DNA of 64,000 nt from positions 75,688-139,687 of the forward strand of contig CAKZSV010000012.1 in assembly GCA_937921485.1 (NCBI GenBank). The letters run 5' to 3'. Shown one piece after another: positions 48,097-58,200 of the stretch. The first letter of the stretch is position 1. Every line of letters begins with the position of its first letter. The notes under the pieces are model-generated. The model did not search any database. It was given only the letters and a program-made list of their open reading frames with translations, and was not told where the DNA came from. The position numbers were made by a program, and so were the translations under genes. The DNA comes from an uncultured bacterium (GTDB lineage: Bacteria > Spirochaetota > UBA4802 > JAGODF01).

Positions 48097-48300
48097 TTTT
48101 TTATCCCTCCATTATGGAGTACGACGATTATTGGCGGGACAGAAAATTTTTTTTAAAAAAATTACAATTTTTTATGTTTTTAGCGACATAAGGCTCGCAG
48201 ATTCGGCATTATGTCTCGTATATGGTGTAAGCGATGAATAGAATTAGCATGTGCATAATGAAGAATCGATGCTGTAAATTGAATATGCAATTATTGCAAA

Positions 48301-48654
48301 TCAGAGAAACACCGAATCGACCATTGTGCTGATGATTGATGCTTCTTCATTTGCAAATTCGTCCTGATAGTAGTGCTTCAATTCAGCAATTATACCGCTT
48401 CGCTCATTGGAAGTAGTATCAAGATTCCTGATGATTTCCTTCACAATTGGTTCATAGCTTTGTGCAATCTTTTGCGTGTGTGCAGTATACTCTGCTTGTT
48501 GCTTCATCGCATGGAAGTGTTCACGCGCAGATTCGGATATCTCGACGACATCTGTGCGTATGATACCTGCTGCGCGTGAGAGATGAGCGTTTTGGGACAT
48601 CTGATGATTTTTTGCAAAAATATTCTGGTAATTATGCGTCGTGTCAATCTTCAT
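48301..48654 (-). CDS. FlgM-like small protein
   Basis: 'MKI...D.VEISESAR' and 'RSGIIAELK'; GGAGG RBS; upstream GCCGATAT. Confidence 0.45.
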   Translation of the reverse strand: MKIDTTHNYQNIFAKNHQMSQNAHLSRAAGIIRTDVVEISESAREHFHAMKQQAEYTAHTQKIAQSYEPIVKEIIRNLDTTSNERSGIIAELKHYYQDEFANEEASIISTMVDSVFL

Positions 48655-48694
48655 TGCCGACCTCCTCTGAAAGTTTGCTGCGCTAACATTATGA

Positions 48695-48702
48695 ATATCG
48701 GC
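48695..48702 (-). promoter_or_regulatory. Sigma28-like -10 element (GCCGATAT)
   Basis: About 40 nt upstream of the FlgM-like ATG. A TAAA lies 11 nt upstream rather than the canonical 15. Confidence 0.4.
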
Positions 48703-48764
48703 AATATGCTATATTTATGATAAGTATTTTTTTGTATAGTAAATAAAATTCTCGCATCAGTCGC

Positions 48765-48925
48765 CTTCCCTGGTATGCACGGCAAGTAAAGGCATAGGTA
48801 TTCCTCCCGGATGGCTGCCGGTTGTTGAAATAGAAGATGTTTACTCGGTATTAACGAGCAAATTCAGCGGCTAATAGCGCCGGGTCGCCGGGTAATCCCC
48901 ACCAGATATGAAACACCGTCGCTTC
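48765..48925 (+). ncRNA. Candidate structured ncRNA (long irregular hairpin; 6S-like architecture possible)
   Basis: GC-rich island in an AT-rich intergenic region. Pairings: CTGGT/ACCAG, CCCGG/CCGGG, TGGC/GTCG, CCGG/CCGG, TTGTTGAA/TTCAGCGG and CTCG/CGAG. Several G-U pairs favour the + strand. Confidence 0.4.
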
Positions 48926-49063
48926 TTCTATACGTTTATCATAAATTGCACAGTTTTTGTAGGGATAAGAATCTAATTGCTCTGCATATGTATAGTATTT
49001 TTTCAAACAAAAATTGTGTTTTTATTTATGGGAACATCCTTAAAACAGTTTTTCAAAGTTCCC

Positions 49064-49990
49064 TTATTTTTTTGTAAAAAATTCCATAACATCTTTTACG
49101 GTTTTTTCAGGAATTTCTTCCATGGGGATGTGGCCAACGCCATCATAGACAATAAGCGTCGAGTGTGCGATATCGCGTTTGAACATGTGGCCATATTCAA
49201 GGGGAATCCATGTGTCTTCTTTTCCCCATAGAATGAGTGTAGGCGTGGCAATCTTCTTGATGCGCTCTGCATCTTCTGCAGAATCTCTGTGCGCATACAC
49301 GCGGTCGATGAACGCCTGGCGATTTCCTTCCCGCAGTGTCAGATGATAGTAGCGGTCAATGAGTTCATCGGTTATTTTCGCGTCATCACCGTATACTTCC
49401 CGGAGATTTTTCGTAATGAGAAATCGCGGCGTGATATATTTGCCCAGAAATCCAAAAAGCCGAATTTTCGTGAGGCGAAAAATGAACGGCATTGTGCGAA
49501 ACGGATATCCCGCTGCGTCAATGAGGACCAATTTTTCGACCTTTTTGGGATGTGCGAGCGCGTAGTTCCATGCGATAAGTCCACCGAGCGAATTTCCCGC
49601 AAGATGAAATTTTTCAATATTGAGCGCGCGAAGAAAGCCGTCGAGAAATTGCACATAAGCTTCCGGCGAATAATCGCGTTCGTTCGTGGGGCCGGTGAGC
49701 CCAAACGCGGGAATGTCCATGCGGATGACGCGATAGCGTTTTGTAAGCTCTTTTGTCCAGCTATCCCAGGTGTGCAGCGACGATGAAGTCCCGTGAATGA
49801 GCACCACGGGAAAGCCCCTGCCTTCATCGCGGTAGTGTACTGTGAGTCCATTGAGATTGAGAAACCGGGAAGGTGGCGGAGCGTATGTGGCTTTCAAAGT
49901 TTCAACGGGCATATCGAAGCGGACGAGCGATGCCATCACAATGATAAAGACGCTGATGATGATTGCAATGATAAGCGCTGTTTTTTTCAT
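49064..49990 (-). CDS. Alpha/beta-hydrolase, membrane-anchored
   Basis: 'LIHGTSSSLHTW', 'GNSLGG', 'LWGKED' and 'GHIPMEE'. Confidence 0.92.
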   Translation of the reverse strand: MKKTALIIAIIISVFIIVMASLVRFDMPVETLKATYAPPPSRFLNLNGLTVHYRDEGRGFPVVLIHGTSSSLHTWDSWTKELTKRYRVIRMDIPAFGLTGPTNERDYSPEAYVQFLDGFLRALNIEKFHLAGNSLGGLIAWNYALAHPKKVEKLVLIDAAGYPFRTMPFIFRLTKIRLFGFLGKYITPRFLITKNLREVYGDDAKITDELIDRYYHLTLREGNRQAFIDRVYAHRDSAEDAERIKKIATPTLILWGKEDTWIPLEYGHMFKRDIAHSTLIVYDGVGHIPMEEIPEKTVKDVMEFFTKK

Positions 49991-50109
49991 GGCGTACCTC
50001 AAAAAGTATTTGTTTACTTGCTTTTTGTTTTAAAACTAATACAGTGTGGTGTCAAGACCTATTTTCGGTACCATCGTTGATGTTATCATATTTGTGAGAA
50101 AAAGAAAGA

Positions 50110-50868
50110 TTAAATTGCAATTTCAAGCACAATCGGCGCGTGATCGGAGCCCATCACCTCGGGAAGAATGTAGGATTTTTGAAGTTTTGGACGTAGCGCA
50201 GGCGATATGATAAAATAATCGATGCGCCATCCCACGTTCTTTTCCCGTGCGCGCCCCATAAAGCTCCACCAGGTGTAGTGCCCGCCTTCTTTGGTGAATT
50301 CGCGAAAGGTGTCAATAAACCCGGCAGCGATGATATTGTCAAAGCCCGCACGCTCTTCGGGGGTAAATCCCGCATTGCCTGCATTGGATTTGGGATTGGC
50401 AAGATCGATTTCCTTGTGCGCAACATTGAAATCGCCGCAGGCAATCACCGGTTTTGTTTTTTCAAGCTTCTTTAAGTAGGCAAGAAAATCCCTGTCCCAC
50501 TCCTTCGTGCGGTAATCCAGCCGCTCAAGCTCTCGCTGTGCGTTGGGAACATAGACATTCACCAGAAATGCCTTTTCCAGCTCAATAGTAATAACTCTAC
50601 CCTCGGCATCGTGCTTTTTTATCCCGATTCCTTTTGTGTGGGAACGCGGTGGTTTTTTTGAAAACACTGCCGTACCGGCATAGCCTTTTTTTGTGGCGCT
50701 ATCCCAGAGCCTGTGAGGATACTCGGGCAGGTCAATTTGAACCTGTTCGGGAGTTGCTTTCGTTTCCTGCAGGCATATTATGTCGGGATTGTATTTGTGA
50801 ATAAAATCAATAAAACCTTTTTTCAAAATTGAACGAATGCCGTTGACATTCCAGCATATTATTTTCAC
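50110..50868 (-). CDS. xth: Exodeoxyribonuclease III (AP endonuclease)
   Basis: 'WNVNGIR', 'LQETK', 'GDFNVAH', 'YTWWS', 'GWRIDY' and 'SDHAP'. Confidence 0.95.
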   Translation of the reverse strand: MKIICWNVNGIRSILKKGFIDFIHKYNPDIICLQETKATPEQVQIDLPEYPHRLWDSATKKGYAGTAVFSKKPPRSHTKGIGIKKHDAEGRVITIELEKAFLVNVYVPNAQRELERLDYRTKEWDRDFLAYLKKLEKTKPVIACGDFNVAHKEIDLANPKSNAGNAGFTPEERAGFDNIIAAGFIDTFREFTKEGGHYTWWSFMGRAREKNVGWRIDYFIISPALRPKLQKSYILPEVMGSDHAPIVLEIAI

Positions 50869-50876
50869 GGGATACC

Positions 50877-51401
50877 TCAGTATTTTGCGTTGGCGTATTC
50901 AACCCATCCGCCGGCTTCCACAAGCGCGCGATCGAATGCGGTAAGCTCGAAGGGTATATTCTCGACATTGCGACCGCTTGAGATTATGATGGCATGATGA
51001 GCCAGATCCACTTCGATTTCCGCATCACCGGTATTATATTTTTCAAAAAGATGGTTAATGATTTTTTCAGGAAGCTCAATTGCCATCATCCCGCAGTTAA
51101 ACATGTTCTGACGGAAGATGCGCGCAAAGCTCGGCGCGATGACTGCGTTGATGCCATTGACCTCTAAAGCCCAGGGAGCGTGTTCACGAGATGAGCCGCA
51201 GCCGAAGTTGGCGCGCGTCACGATAATGGATTTGCCCGCAATATCGGTTTTTGGGTTGAATCCTTCCAGTTTTAAATCTTCAAGCAGATATGGCTTCAGC
51301 GCTTCTTTGCTTAGTTCCGTGAGATATTTTGCCGGAATGATTTCGTCGGTGTTGATATCGCTTCGATCTAAGAAAAGCACTTTGCCTTTGAAATTTTTCA
51401 T
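50877..51401 (-). CDS. leuD: 3-isopropylmalate dehydratase small subunit
   Basis: 'DINTDEIIPA', 'NFGCGSSREHAP' and 'SFARIFRQN'. Confidence 0.88.
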   Translation of the reverse strand: MKNFKGKVLFLDRSDINTDEIIPAKYLTELSKEALKPYLLEDLKLEGFNPKTDIAGKSIIVTRANFGCGSSREHAPWALEVNGINAVIAPSFARIFRQNMFNCGMMAIELPEKIINHLFEKYNTGDAEIEVDLAHHAIIISSGRNVENIPFELTAFDRALVEAGGWVEYANAKY

Positions 51402-51405
51402 TTGA

Positions 51406-52692
51406 TCATCCCTTAAAAAGCTCTGAATTCGTTACATATCCCGCAATGGCGCTTGCCGCAGCTGTGGCAGGGCTTACCAGGTGCACCATGCCGCCTTTTC
51501 CCATGCGTCCATTAAAATTGCGGTTGGTCGTTGCCGCACAAACCTCGCCTGGCGCAAGCACCCCATTTGACATGCCAAGGCATGCTCCGCAGGTGGGGTT
51601 GGTGACGCAAAAACCCGCGTCCATGAAAATCTGTATAATGCCTTCTTCAAGCGCTTTTTTATACACCTCAGGGGTTGCGGGAGAAACAATCCCGCGCACG
51701 CTGTCGCTGATGCGCTTCCCTTTGAGCACCTGCGCGGCAATGCGGAGGTCTTCGATGCGGCCGTTGGTACAGGAGCCGATGTACACCTGATCGATTTTCG
51801 TGCCTTCCATCTCGCGCACCGGCTTAATCTGGTCGGGTTTATAGCCGAAAGTGGCAAGGGGCTCAAGAGCGCTCACGTCGTGTTCAATGACTTCATCAAA
51901 ATGTGCATCTGGATCGGAGCGCCATCGGGCATAATTTTTACATGCTTCATCCTTTGAAGCAAATTCGTTTTTGATGAATGGCCACAGGTATTCCACGGTG
52001 GTCATATCGGGGGCGATGACGCCTGAGGTGGCCCCCGCTTCAACAGCCATGTTCGAAAGCGTCATGCGCGATTCCATCGACATCTGTTCGATGAGTTCAC
52101 CGGAAAATTCAATCACCCTGTCGGTGGCACCGTTTACTCCAATTTGCCCGATGACTGATAAAATGACATCTTTCGCAAAGACGCCCGGCTTTAAGTTGCC
52201 TTTAATTATGATGTGCATCGACTTTGGTTCTTTGAAAGCGCACACGCCTTTTAAAATTCCCACCTCCAAATCGGTGGTTCCCACTCCTGCTGCAAACGCG
52301 CCGAATGCGCCATGCGTGCAGGTATGCGAATCGCCCATGATGATGACGTAGCCAGGGCGCACAAAACCCTTTTCGGGAAAGATCGCATGGCAGACGCCGT
52401 TTCTGCCAATGTCGAAGAAGTCTTTGATATTGTGGCGGCGCGCCCACTCGCGCAGGATTTTCCCCTGCTCGGCTGTTTTGCTGTCCTTTGCCGGCGTGAC
52501 GTGATCGATGACTGCCTTGATCTTCGAAGAATCGAACACGCGGTCCATTCCCCGTGCCACAAGGTCGTTTATGGCAACCGGGGTGGTGATTTCGTGGCAG
52601 AACACCATGTCCAGCTTCAGGACATAGATGCCTTTATCGGGTGTGTCGATGAGATGGCTTTCGAATATTTTCTCAACAAGTGTTTTTCCCAT
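51406..52692 (-). CDS. leuC: 3-isopropylmalate dehydratase large subunit (short, homoaconitase-like type)
   Basis: 'HEIT', 'IDH', 'GDSHTCT', 'IGSCTNGR', 'PTCGAC' and 'TTNRNFNGRMG'. Confidence 0.88.
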   Translation of the reverse strand: MGKTLVEKIFESHLIDTPDKGIYVLKLDMVFCHEITTPVAINDLVARGMDRVFDSSKIKAVIDHVTPAKDSKTAEQGKILREWARRHNIKDFFDIGRNGVCHAIFPEKGFVRPGYVIIMGDSHTCTHGAFGAFAAGVGTTDLEVGILKGVCAFKEPKSMHIIIKGNLKPGVFAKDVILSVIGQIGVNGATDRVIEFSGELIEQMSMESRMTLSNMAVEAGATSGVIAPDMTTVEYLWPFIKNEFASKDEACKNYARWRSDPDAHFDEVIEHDVSALEPLATFGYKPDQIKPVREMEGTKIDQVYIGSCTNGRIEDLRIAAQVLKGKRISDSVRGIVSPATPEVYKKALEEGIIQIFMDAGFCVTNPTCGACLGMSNGVLAPGEVCAATTNRNFNGRMGKGGMVHLVSPATAAASAIAGYVTNSELFKG

Positions 52693-52799
52693 TATATACT
52701 CCTTTACGTATTAAAAAAAATTTACGGCGGTGGATACTCCAAATCGCTCAAAAAATTTTTCAAGCTGTATTGCGAATCACATGGGGTGTGTCGGCAATA

Positions 52800-52939
52800 A
52801 AATATACGCTGTCGCCAGAATTAGAAATGAACAATTGCAGTCCTTTTTTTCGCAGTTTATGTAAAAATCTTTTATTTGAGATGCTTGTTTATGATCATTA
52901 TTAAAAAAATCGTACCAAAATATTTGTATCAAGGCCGAT
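52800..52939 (-). pseudogene. Relic PIN-domain (VapC) N-terminus with a +1 frameshift in a T7 tract
   Basis: 'IGLDTNILVRFF', then after the shift 'NNDHKQASQIKDFYINCEKKDCNCSF'. Confidence 0.55.
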
Positions 52940-53014
52940 CGAAAGTAAGGAATTATGTTCAAAAATCAAGTATTTTTTATACAAAGCCTTTACATGGTTG
53001 AATTGAAAGTTCAT

Positions 53015-53131
53015 CTATCCGCACACGCGGTTTTTCCCTGCTTTCTTTGCCGCATAGAGCATTTTGTCGGCCTGGGCGATGAGCGTGCGCGGATTTCCTC
53101 TCGTGGAAGGAATCGCGGTTGCGACGCCTGC
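53015..53131 (-). pseudogene. Relic GGDEF-domain C-terminus
   Basis: 'AGVATAIPSTRGNPRTLIAQADKMLYAAKKAGKNRVCG*' begins 1 nt after the aconitase stop. Confidence 0.72.
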
Positions 53132-53132
53132 A

Positions 53133-55064
53133 TCAGAACCTCTTTTTTGTATAATTCAAAAGCCCGCCTTCAAGCAGAATTTCCCTCTGGCGCGCAGTTG
53201 CAAATAGAGTGAATAAGATTTTTTTACCGCCTATGATGGCTTCGATGTGTTCGCCATTTCGGGCAACCTGATTCCGCGCATTGGCTATCTCGAATGCATC
53301 GCCCTGTTGAATGTGATTGTAGTCATCGGGATTCATGAAGACCAGCGGCAGGATTCCGAAATTCACCAGATTCGCCGAATGGATGCGCTCGAAGGATTTT
53401 GCCATCACCGCGCGCACGCCCAGATACATGGGACAGATTGCCGCATGCTCTCTGCTTGATCCCTGTCCGTAGCTTTCACCTGCGACGATGGCAGTGAACA
53501 CGCCCATTTTTTTGTTTTCAAGCGCGCGCGATGAAAATGTTTCATCAACGCTTTCAAAGACATAACGCGCATACGCGGGAATATTCGAGCGGTATTTCAG
53601 CCGTGAACCTGCGGGCATGATGTGGTCGGTGGTGATTTTATCCCCGACTTTGAGGCCGACGATTCCCTTAAGATTCTCTGCCATCGGCTCGGTGTAGGGC
53701 GGCTCGCCGATGTTGGGGCCGCGAACGATTTCTGTCTTTTCAAATTGCGGGGGAAGTATCATTGAGTCGTCGATGAGAAATGTCGCCGGTTGAGGAATGC
53801 GTGGATATTCATCTGCGGGATAATCAAGCGGGTTGACCAGCTTCCCTTCAAGCACAGAAAGCGCTGCTGTTTCCGGGCTTACCAGATATATGCCGGCATC
53901 TCTGGTACCGCTCCTGCCTTCGAAATTTCTGTTGTTGGTGCGAAGTGATACTCCCTTGCTTTTCGGCGCAAATCCTGAGCCGATGCAGAATCCGCAGGCC
54001 GATTCTAAGACGCGTGCTCCCGCGGCAATCAAATCGGCAAGTGCGCCATTTTCCGCAATCATTTCGAAGACCTGCCGCGAACCCGGCGCAATGCCAAGGC
54101 TGACCGAAGGGGCAATCTTTTTGCCTTTGAGAATTGCCGCTACGGTCATAAGATCGCGGTAGGATGAATTGGTGCAGCTTCCAATCGCCACCTGGTCGAT
54201 CAGTATTCCTTTTAGCTCTGATACCTTTTTCACATTATCGGGCGAGTGGGGAAGAGCAGCCATGGGAACCACCGATGAGAGGTCAATTTCGATTGTCCGC
54301 GCGTACCCGGGGGATGCATCAGGCAGAATTTCTTTCCATACTTGTTCGCGACCCTGTGCTTTTAAAAATGCACGCGTCACCTCATCGCTCGGAAAAATTG
54401 AGGTGGTCACCCCGAGTTCGGCGCCCATATTGGTGATGGTGGCGCGCTCCGGCACTGAAAGCGTTTGTACGCCATCGCCTGCATATTCAATTGCGGTGCC
54501 GACATTTCCTTTTGTGGTGAGAATTGATAGCACCGTAAGAATGACATCCTTGGCCGATACCCATGGCCGCAGTGCGCCGCGAAGAAGTACGCGCACCACT
54601 TTCGGACAGGTGAGGTAGAACGGCCCGCCGCCCATTGCCACTGCCACATCGAGGCCGCCTGCGCCGATGGCAATCATGCCCATACCCCCCGCGGTGGGGG
54701 TGTGGCTGTCGGAACCGAGGAGCGTGGCGCCAGGCCGCGCAAATCGTTCAAGGTGCACCTGATGGCAGATGCCGTTTCCCGCTTTTGAGTGGTATATGCC
54801 GTAGCGGCTGTTGACTGTCTGCAAATAGATATGGTCGTCGGCGTTTTCAAATCCCATCTGGAGGGTGTTGTGGTCCACGTACGAAACCGAAAGTTCCGTG
54901 CGCACGCGCGGTATGCCGAGCGCTTCGAATTGTAAATACGCCATGGTCCCGGTTGCATCCTGCGTGAGCGTCTGGTCGATGCGAATGCCGATTTCTTTTC
55001 CGGGAGTGAGTTCTCCTTCAAGGAGGTGGTCTTTGAGAATTTTATAAATGACTGTTCCTTTCAT
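53133..55064 (-). CDS. Aconitate hydratase (short ~640-aa putative type)
   Basis: 'TQDATGT', 'DHN', 'GSDSHT', 'IGSCTNSS', 'CGFCIG', 'ITTDHI' and 'QGSSREHAA'. Confidence 0.9.
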   Translation of the reverse strand: MKGTVIYKILKDHLLEGELTPGKEIGIRIDQTLTQDATGTMAYLQFEALGIPRVRTELSVSYVDHNTLQMGFENADDHIYLQTVNSRYGIYHSKAGNGICHQVHLERFARPGATLLGSDSHTPTAGGMGMIAIGAGGLDVAVAMGGGPFYLTCPKVVRVLLRGALRPWVSAKDVILTVLSILTTKGNVGTAIEYAGDGVQTLSVPERATITNMGAELGVTTSIFPSDEVTRAFLKAQGREQVWKEILPDASPGYARTIEIDLSSVVPMAALPHSPDNVKKVSELKGILIDQVAIGSCTNSSYRDLMTVAAILKGKKIAPSVSLGIAPGSRQVFEMIAENGALADLIAAGARVLESACGFCIGSGFAPKSKGVSLRTNNRNFEGRSGTRDAGIYLVSPETAALSVLEGKLVNPLDYPADEYPRIPQPATFLIDDSMILPPQFEKTEIVRGPNIGEPPYTEPMAENLKGIVGLKVGDKITTDHIMPAGSRLKYRSNIPAYARYVFESVDETFSSRALENKKMGVFTAIVAGESYGQGSSREHAAICPMYLGVRAVMAKSFERIHSANLVNFGILPLVFMNPDDYNHIQQGDAFEIANARNQVARNGEHIEAIIGGKKILFTLFATARQREILLEGGLLNYTKKRF

Positions 55065-55285
55065 CCACTGCTCCATTGCATTAATGTTTGAGGAACAGCT
55101 ACAATGGCAATGTGAAAAGTGATGTCAATCACAAATTAGCGATATGGCAGTGTCGCTTCGATGAGAGTTTTTATCGGGTAATGGCCAGCCGGTGAGCGAC
55201 ATAACACGATGCAATGCGAAAAAGCATTATGATAAACGAACGCAAGATTAATGCATTTTTTGAATTTGACAATTACTAAGTTTCC

Positions 55286-58200
55286 GTGGTTTCTAAAAAT
55301 ATCATGTCCACTAGTAAACAAATAATACCTGGCGGCGCGTTTTTGTTCATCAGTGCATTGATAACGCTTATTGAATTATCCGGCCAGGAGGAAGGATTTC
55401 ATCGAAGCCTCATTGACTTCATTGAAATACATGCGCAAAAAGCCGAAACGCGCGTTGAAGGTAAGGAAAGCGATGTACTGCAAGATGAGGATTCTCACGC
55501 CATCCGCTATCAAAAAGGCGATTGGGTCAAGTATGTGGTCTCAAAGCAGTATGTGCCGCGCGGCGAAGTCGAAGAGAAGCTCGTCAGTATTGATGCGGGC
55601 GATGATTCGAACATCGTTTCCTATGGCTCATTGAAGATGAATTTGATATATGGAAAGTCGCATTTCACCAGCGGTAAATACAAGCGCTTCGATGAAGACA
55701 AACCTGTATCGAAAATCATTCAGTCCGGGTTTTATCCCGAACGTGAGCTTCAGCTCCACATTGAAGGTTCGGTGGGCAAACGCCTGAAGCTGTATGTCGA
55801 CCATGACAGCAATAAGGCGGATAACCGATATGTGATGAAATACACCGCCGAGGAAGATGATGAAGCGATACGGGAAATTAACGCCGGCGAGGTTGACATC
55901 AAGATGAATAACTCCAGGTGTGTCGTCTTCGACGATACTTCCCGCAAGGGCCTCGGGATTGATATGACTTTGAAGAAAAACCGCTTGCGCGTAAAGGCGT
56001 TCGGCACCGTGAGCAAGGGCGAGGCAGTGGTGGAACGTTTCCGGGGCAACTCCTCGGGAAAGACTGTGGAGCTTCGGGAATATCAGTACGTGCGCGGAAA
56101 ATATTATCAGATTGAACCTTTCAAGCGATATGATAATCTTTCAACGAAACCTGCGGGTGCATCATCATACAATCTCATCACCTTCACCTCGCAGCCGCCT
56201 GACCCGAAGAATTACGCGCCGTACGCGGTACATGTCGATGCCGCGTCTTTTGAACTGTACATGGATGACCAGAATCCGCATAATAATTATAACGCAATGA
56301 CGCTTTCTGTTGACGGCGGCAGGTATGTCCGCCTTTCAAGAGGCACGGACTACACGATCAATTATGCGACGGGGCTCATAACTTTTACAAATCCCGTTTC
56401 TGAAAACGCTCGCATCTTTGCAGTGTACACGCTAAATGGTGGAAGCACTCTTTCCTCCGATCCCGCTTCGAGATTGGACGTGTTCCCAGGAAAAATTTTT
56501 GTGTTTATCAAATACGGCTCATCCATTGACGAGGACACGAATAAAAATTTTGTCCTGGATGCCGGCGAAGACCGAAACGGCGACGGCGTGCTCAATGTGG
56601 ATGTGTACGAGGTTCGTTCGGTGTATTCCCTTGGCGATCGAAATATTCAGGACGACAATTTCAGAATTGATTTTCTCCTTGAACAGAGCCAGCTTTCGAG
56701 GGCTGAGATTGAAAAAGCAGGCCGCTATGCGCTCAACCCGTCCGGGGGAATTGTCGCCTTTCATCTTCGCGAGCCTTTCAGGCCTCTTCTCGGCAGCGAC
56801 GCGTCAAAAGTGTATCGCGAAAACCAGGGTTCTTCAGCAGTCCAGCAGTCCCGATACCGCCTTCGCATGAATTACTTCCGGGAGGCGCGAAGCTTTCAAC
56901 TTTCAAATACAAACATTATACCAGGAAGCGTGCGCGTGCGCGTGAATGGACGCGAAATTCCTCAGTCCCTTTATTCGGTGGATCATACGTCCGGATTTTT
57001 TGAGTTTATCAATCCCGCCAACCCGCTCATCGGTCCGGAAACGGACATCGAAATTCGGTATGAGTATTTGCCCGCAGGAGGCGATGTGCAATCATTCCTT
57101 GCGGGAGTGCGAGCAGATTACGATCTCGGGAGAAATATCGACATTGGCGGCACCGTGATATTTTCCCGCGGAGCGGGGGGAGGCAGCATCCCGAAGGTGG
57201 GAAGCGAACCAGAACAGCTTTTAGTGTTTGAGGGAGACGCGAAGCTGTATCTCAGCCAGAAAAAGCTCGAAGATTTCATCAATTCCCTTCCCGGAGGTAA
57301 TATAAAATCCGTGCCGTTTGAAGTGACGGCATACGCGGAGTATGCGAAAAGCTATAAAAATGTAAATACGTTCGGCAAGGCGCTCATCGATGACATGGAA
57401 GGGGGGGATGAGGTGATCGGAATTTCGCTTTCCGAACGCGACTGGATTCTCTCATCGCCGCCTTCCGCGCTTGTGTCCGACAGCTTCCCCGCGCTTACTC
57501 AGGCAAACCGCGGTGTGCTTCGCTACCTGTACTACCGAAGCCCTGACAGCTCGGAAACGCTCAGAACGCCGGCGTTTGCGCCCTATACAATCGACTATTC
57601 AGTAAAGCCCGGGCCGTATAATGTTGCCGCGGGGCATCTTGCATCGAATGTCATGGAGGAAAGCCATCAGAAATCCCTTGTGCTCGATTTTGATTTTACA
57701 GGCGGCAAACGCCATGCTTCTGTGGTGACACGAAGGCTTTCAAGTCAGGCGGTGGATTTTTCTTCGCTGCAGTATCTTGAAATATGGTATCGGTCAACCG
57801 GCGGAAGCGGAACCGCGCATATCTATTTCGATATCGGCACCATCAGTGAGGATTCCGACGGAGACGGCGTGCTCGATACCGAGGATGTGAACAACAATGG
57901 ATTTCTCGATTCCGATCCATCGGCAGATATCTTCGAAGATATCGGCTATATCTTTAATCCCGCCGGCGGCACTGCCACCAAAGTCGGCTCAGGTCCGCAG
58001 CTTTCACATTTCACCCGAGGGGACGGCACGCTCACCAGCGAAGATCTCAACGGCAATGGCACGCTTGAAACAGTCGAGAGAATCATCAGGCTTCCCGGGG
58101 ATATTACCACGCCCTACAGCTCTGCTGCCCCGCTGAGTGTCGATATGGCCGATACGACGTGGCGCAGAGCGCGGATTTATATCAACAGAAGTTCGGCTGC

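Noticed and set aside
48765-48925. Cobalamin, SAM-I, c-di-GMP riboswitch or SRP identity for the structured region
   Set aside because: Only fragments match (GGGAAGGC, CGGCAGCC). The core consensus elements and the SRP GGAA/AGCAG loop are absent, and no gene lies downstream on the likely strand.
50877-55064. leuCD next to an aconitase as a novel pathway cluster
   Set aside because: They are separated by about 440 nt of relic DNA, both are ordinary enzymes, and no other pathway genes are adjacent.
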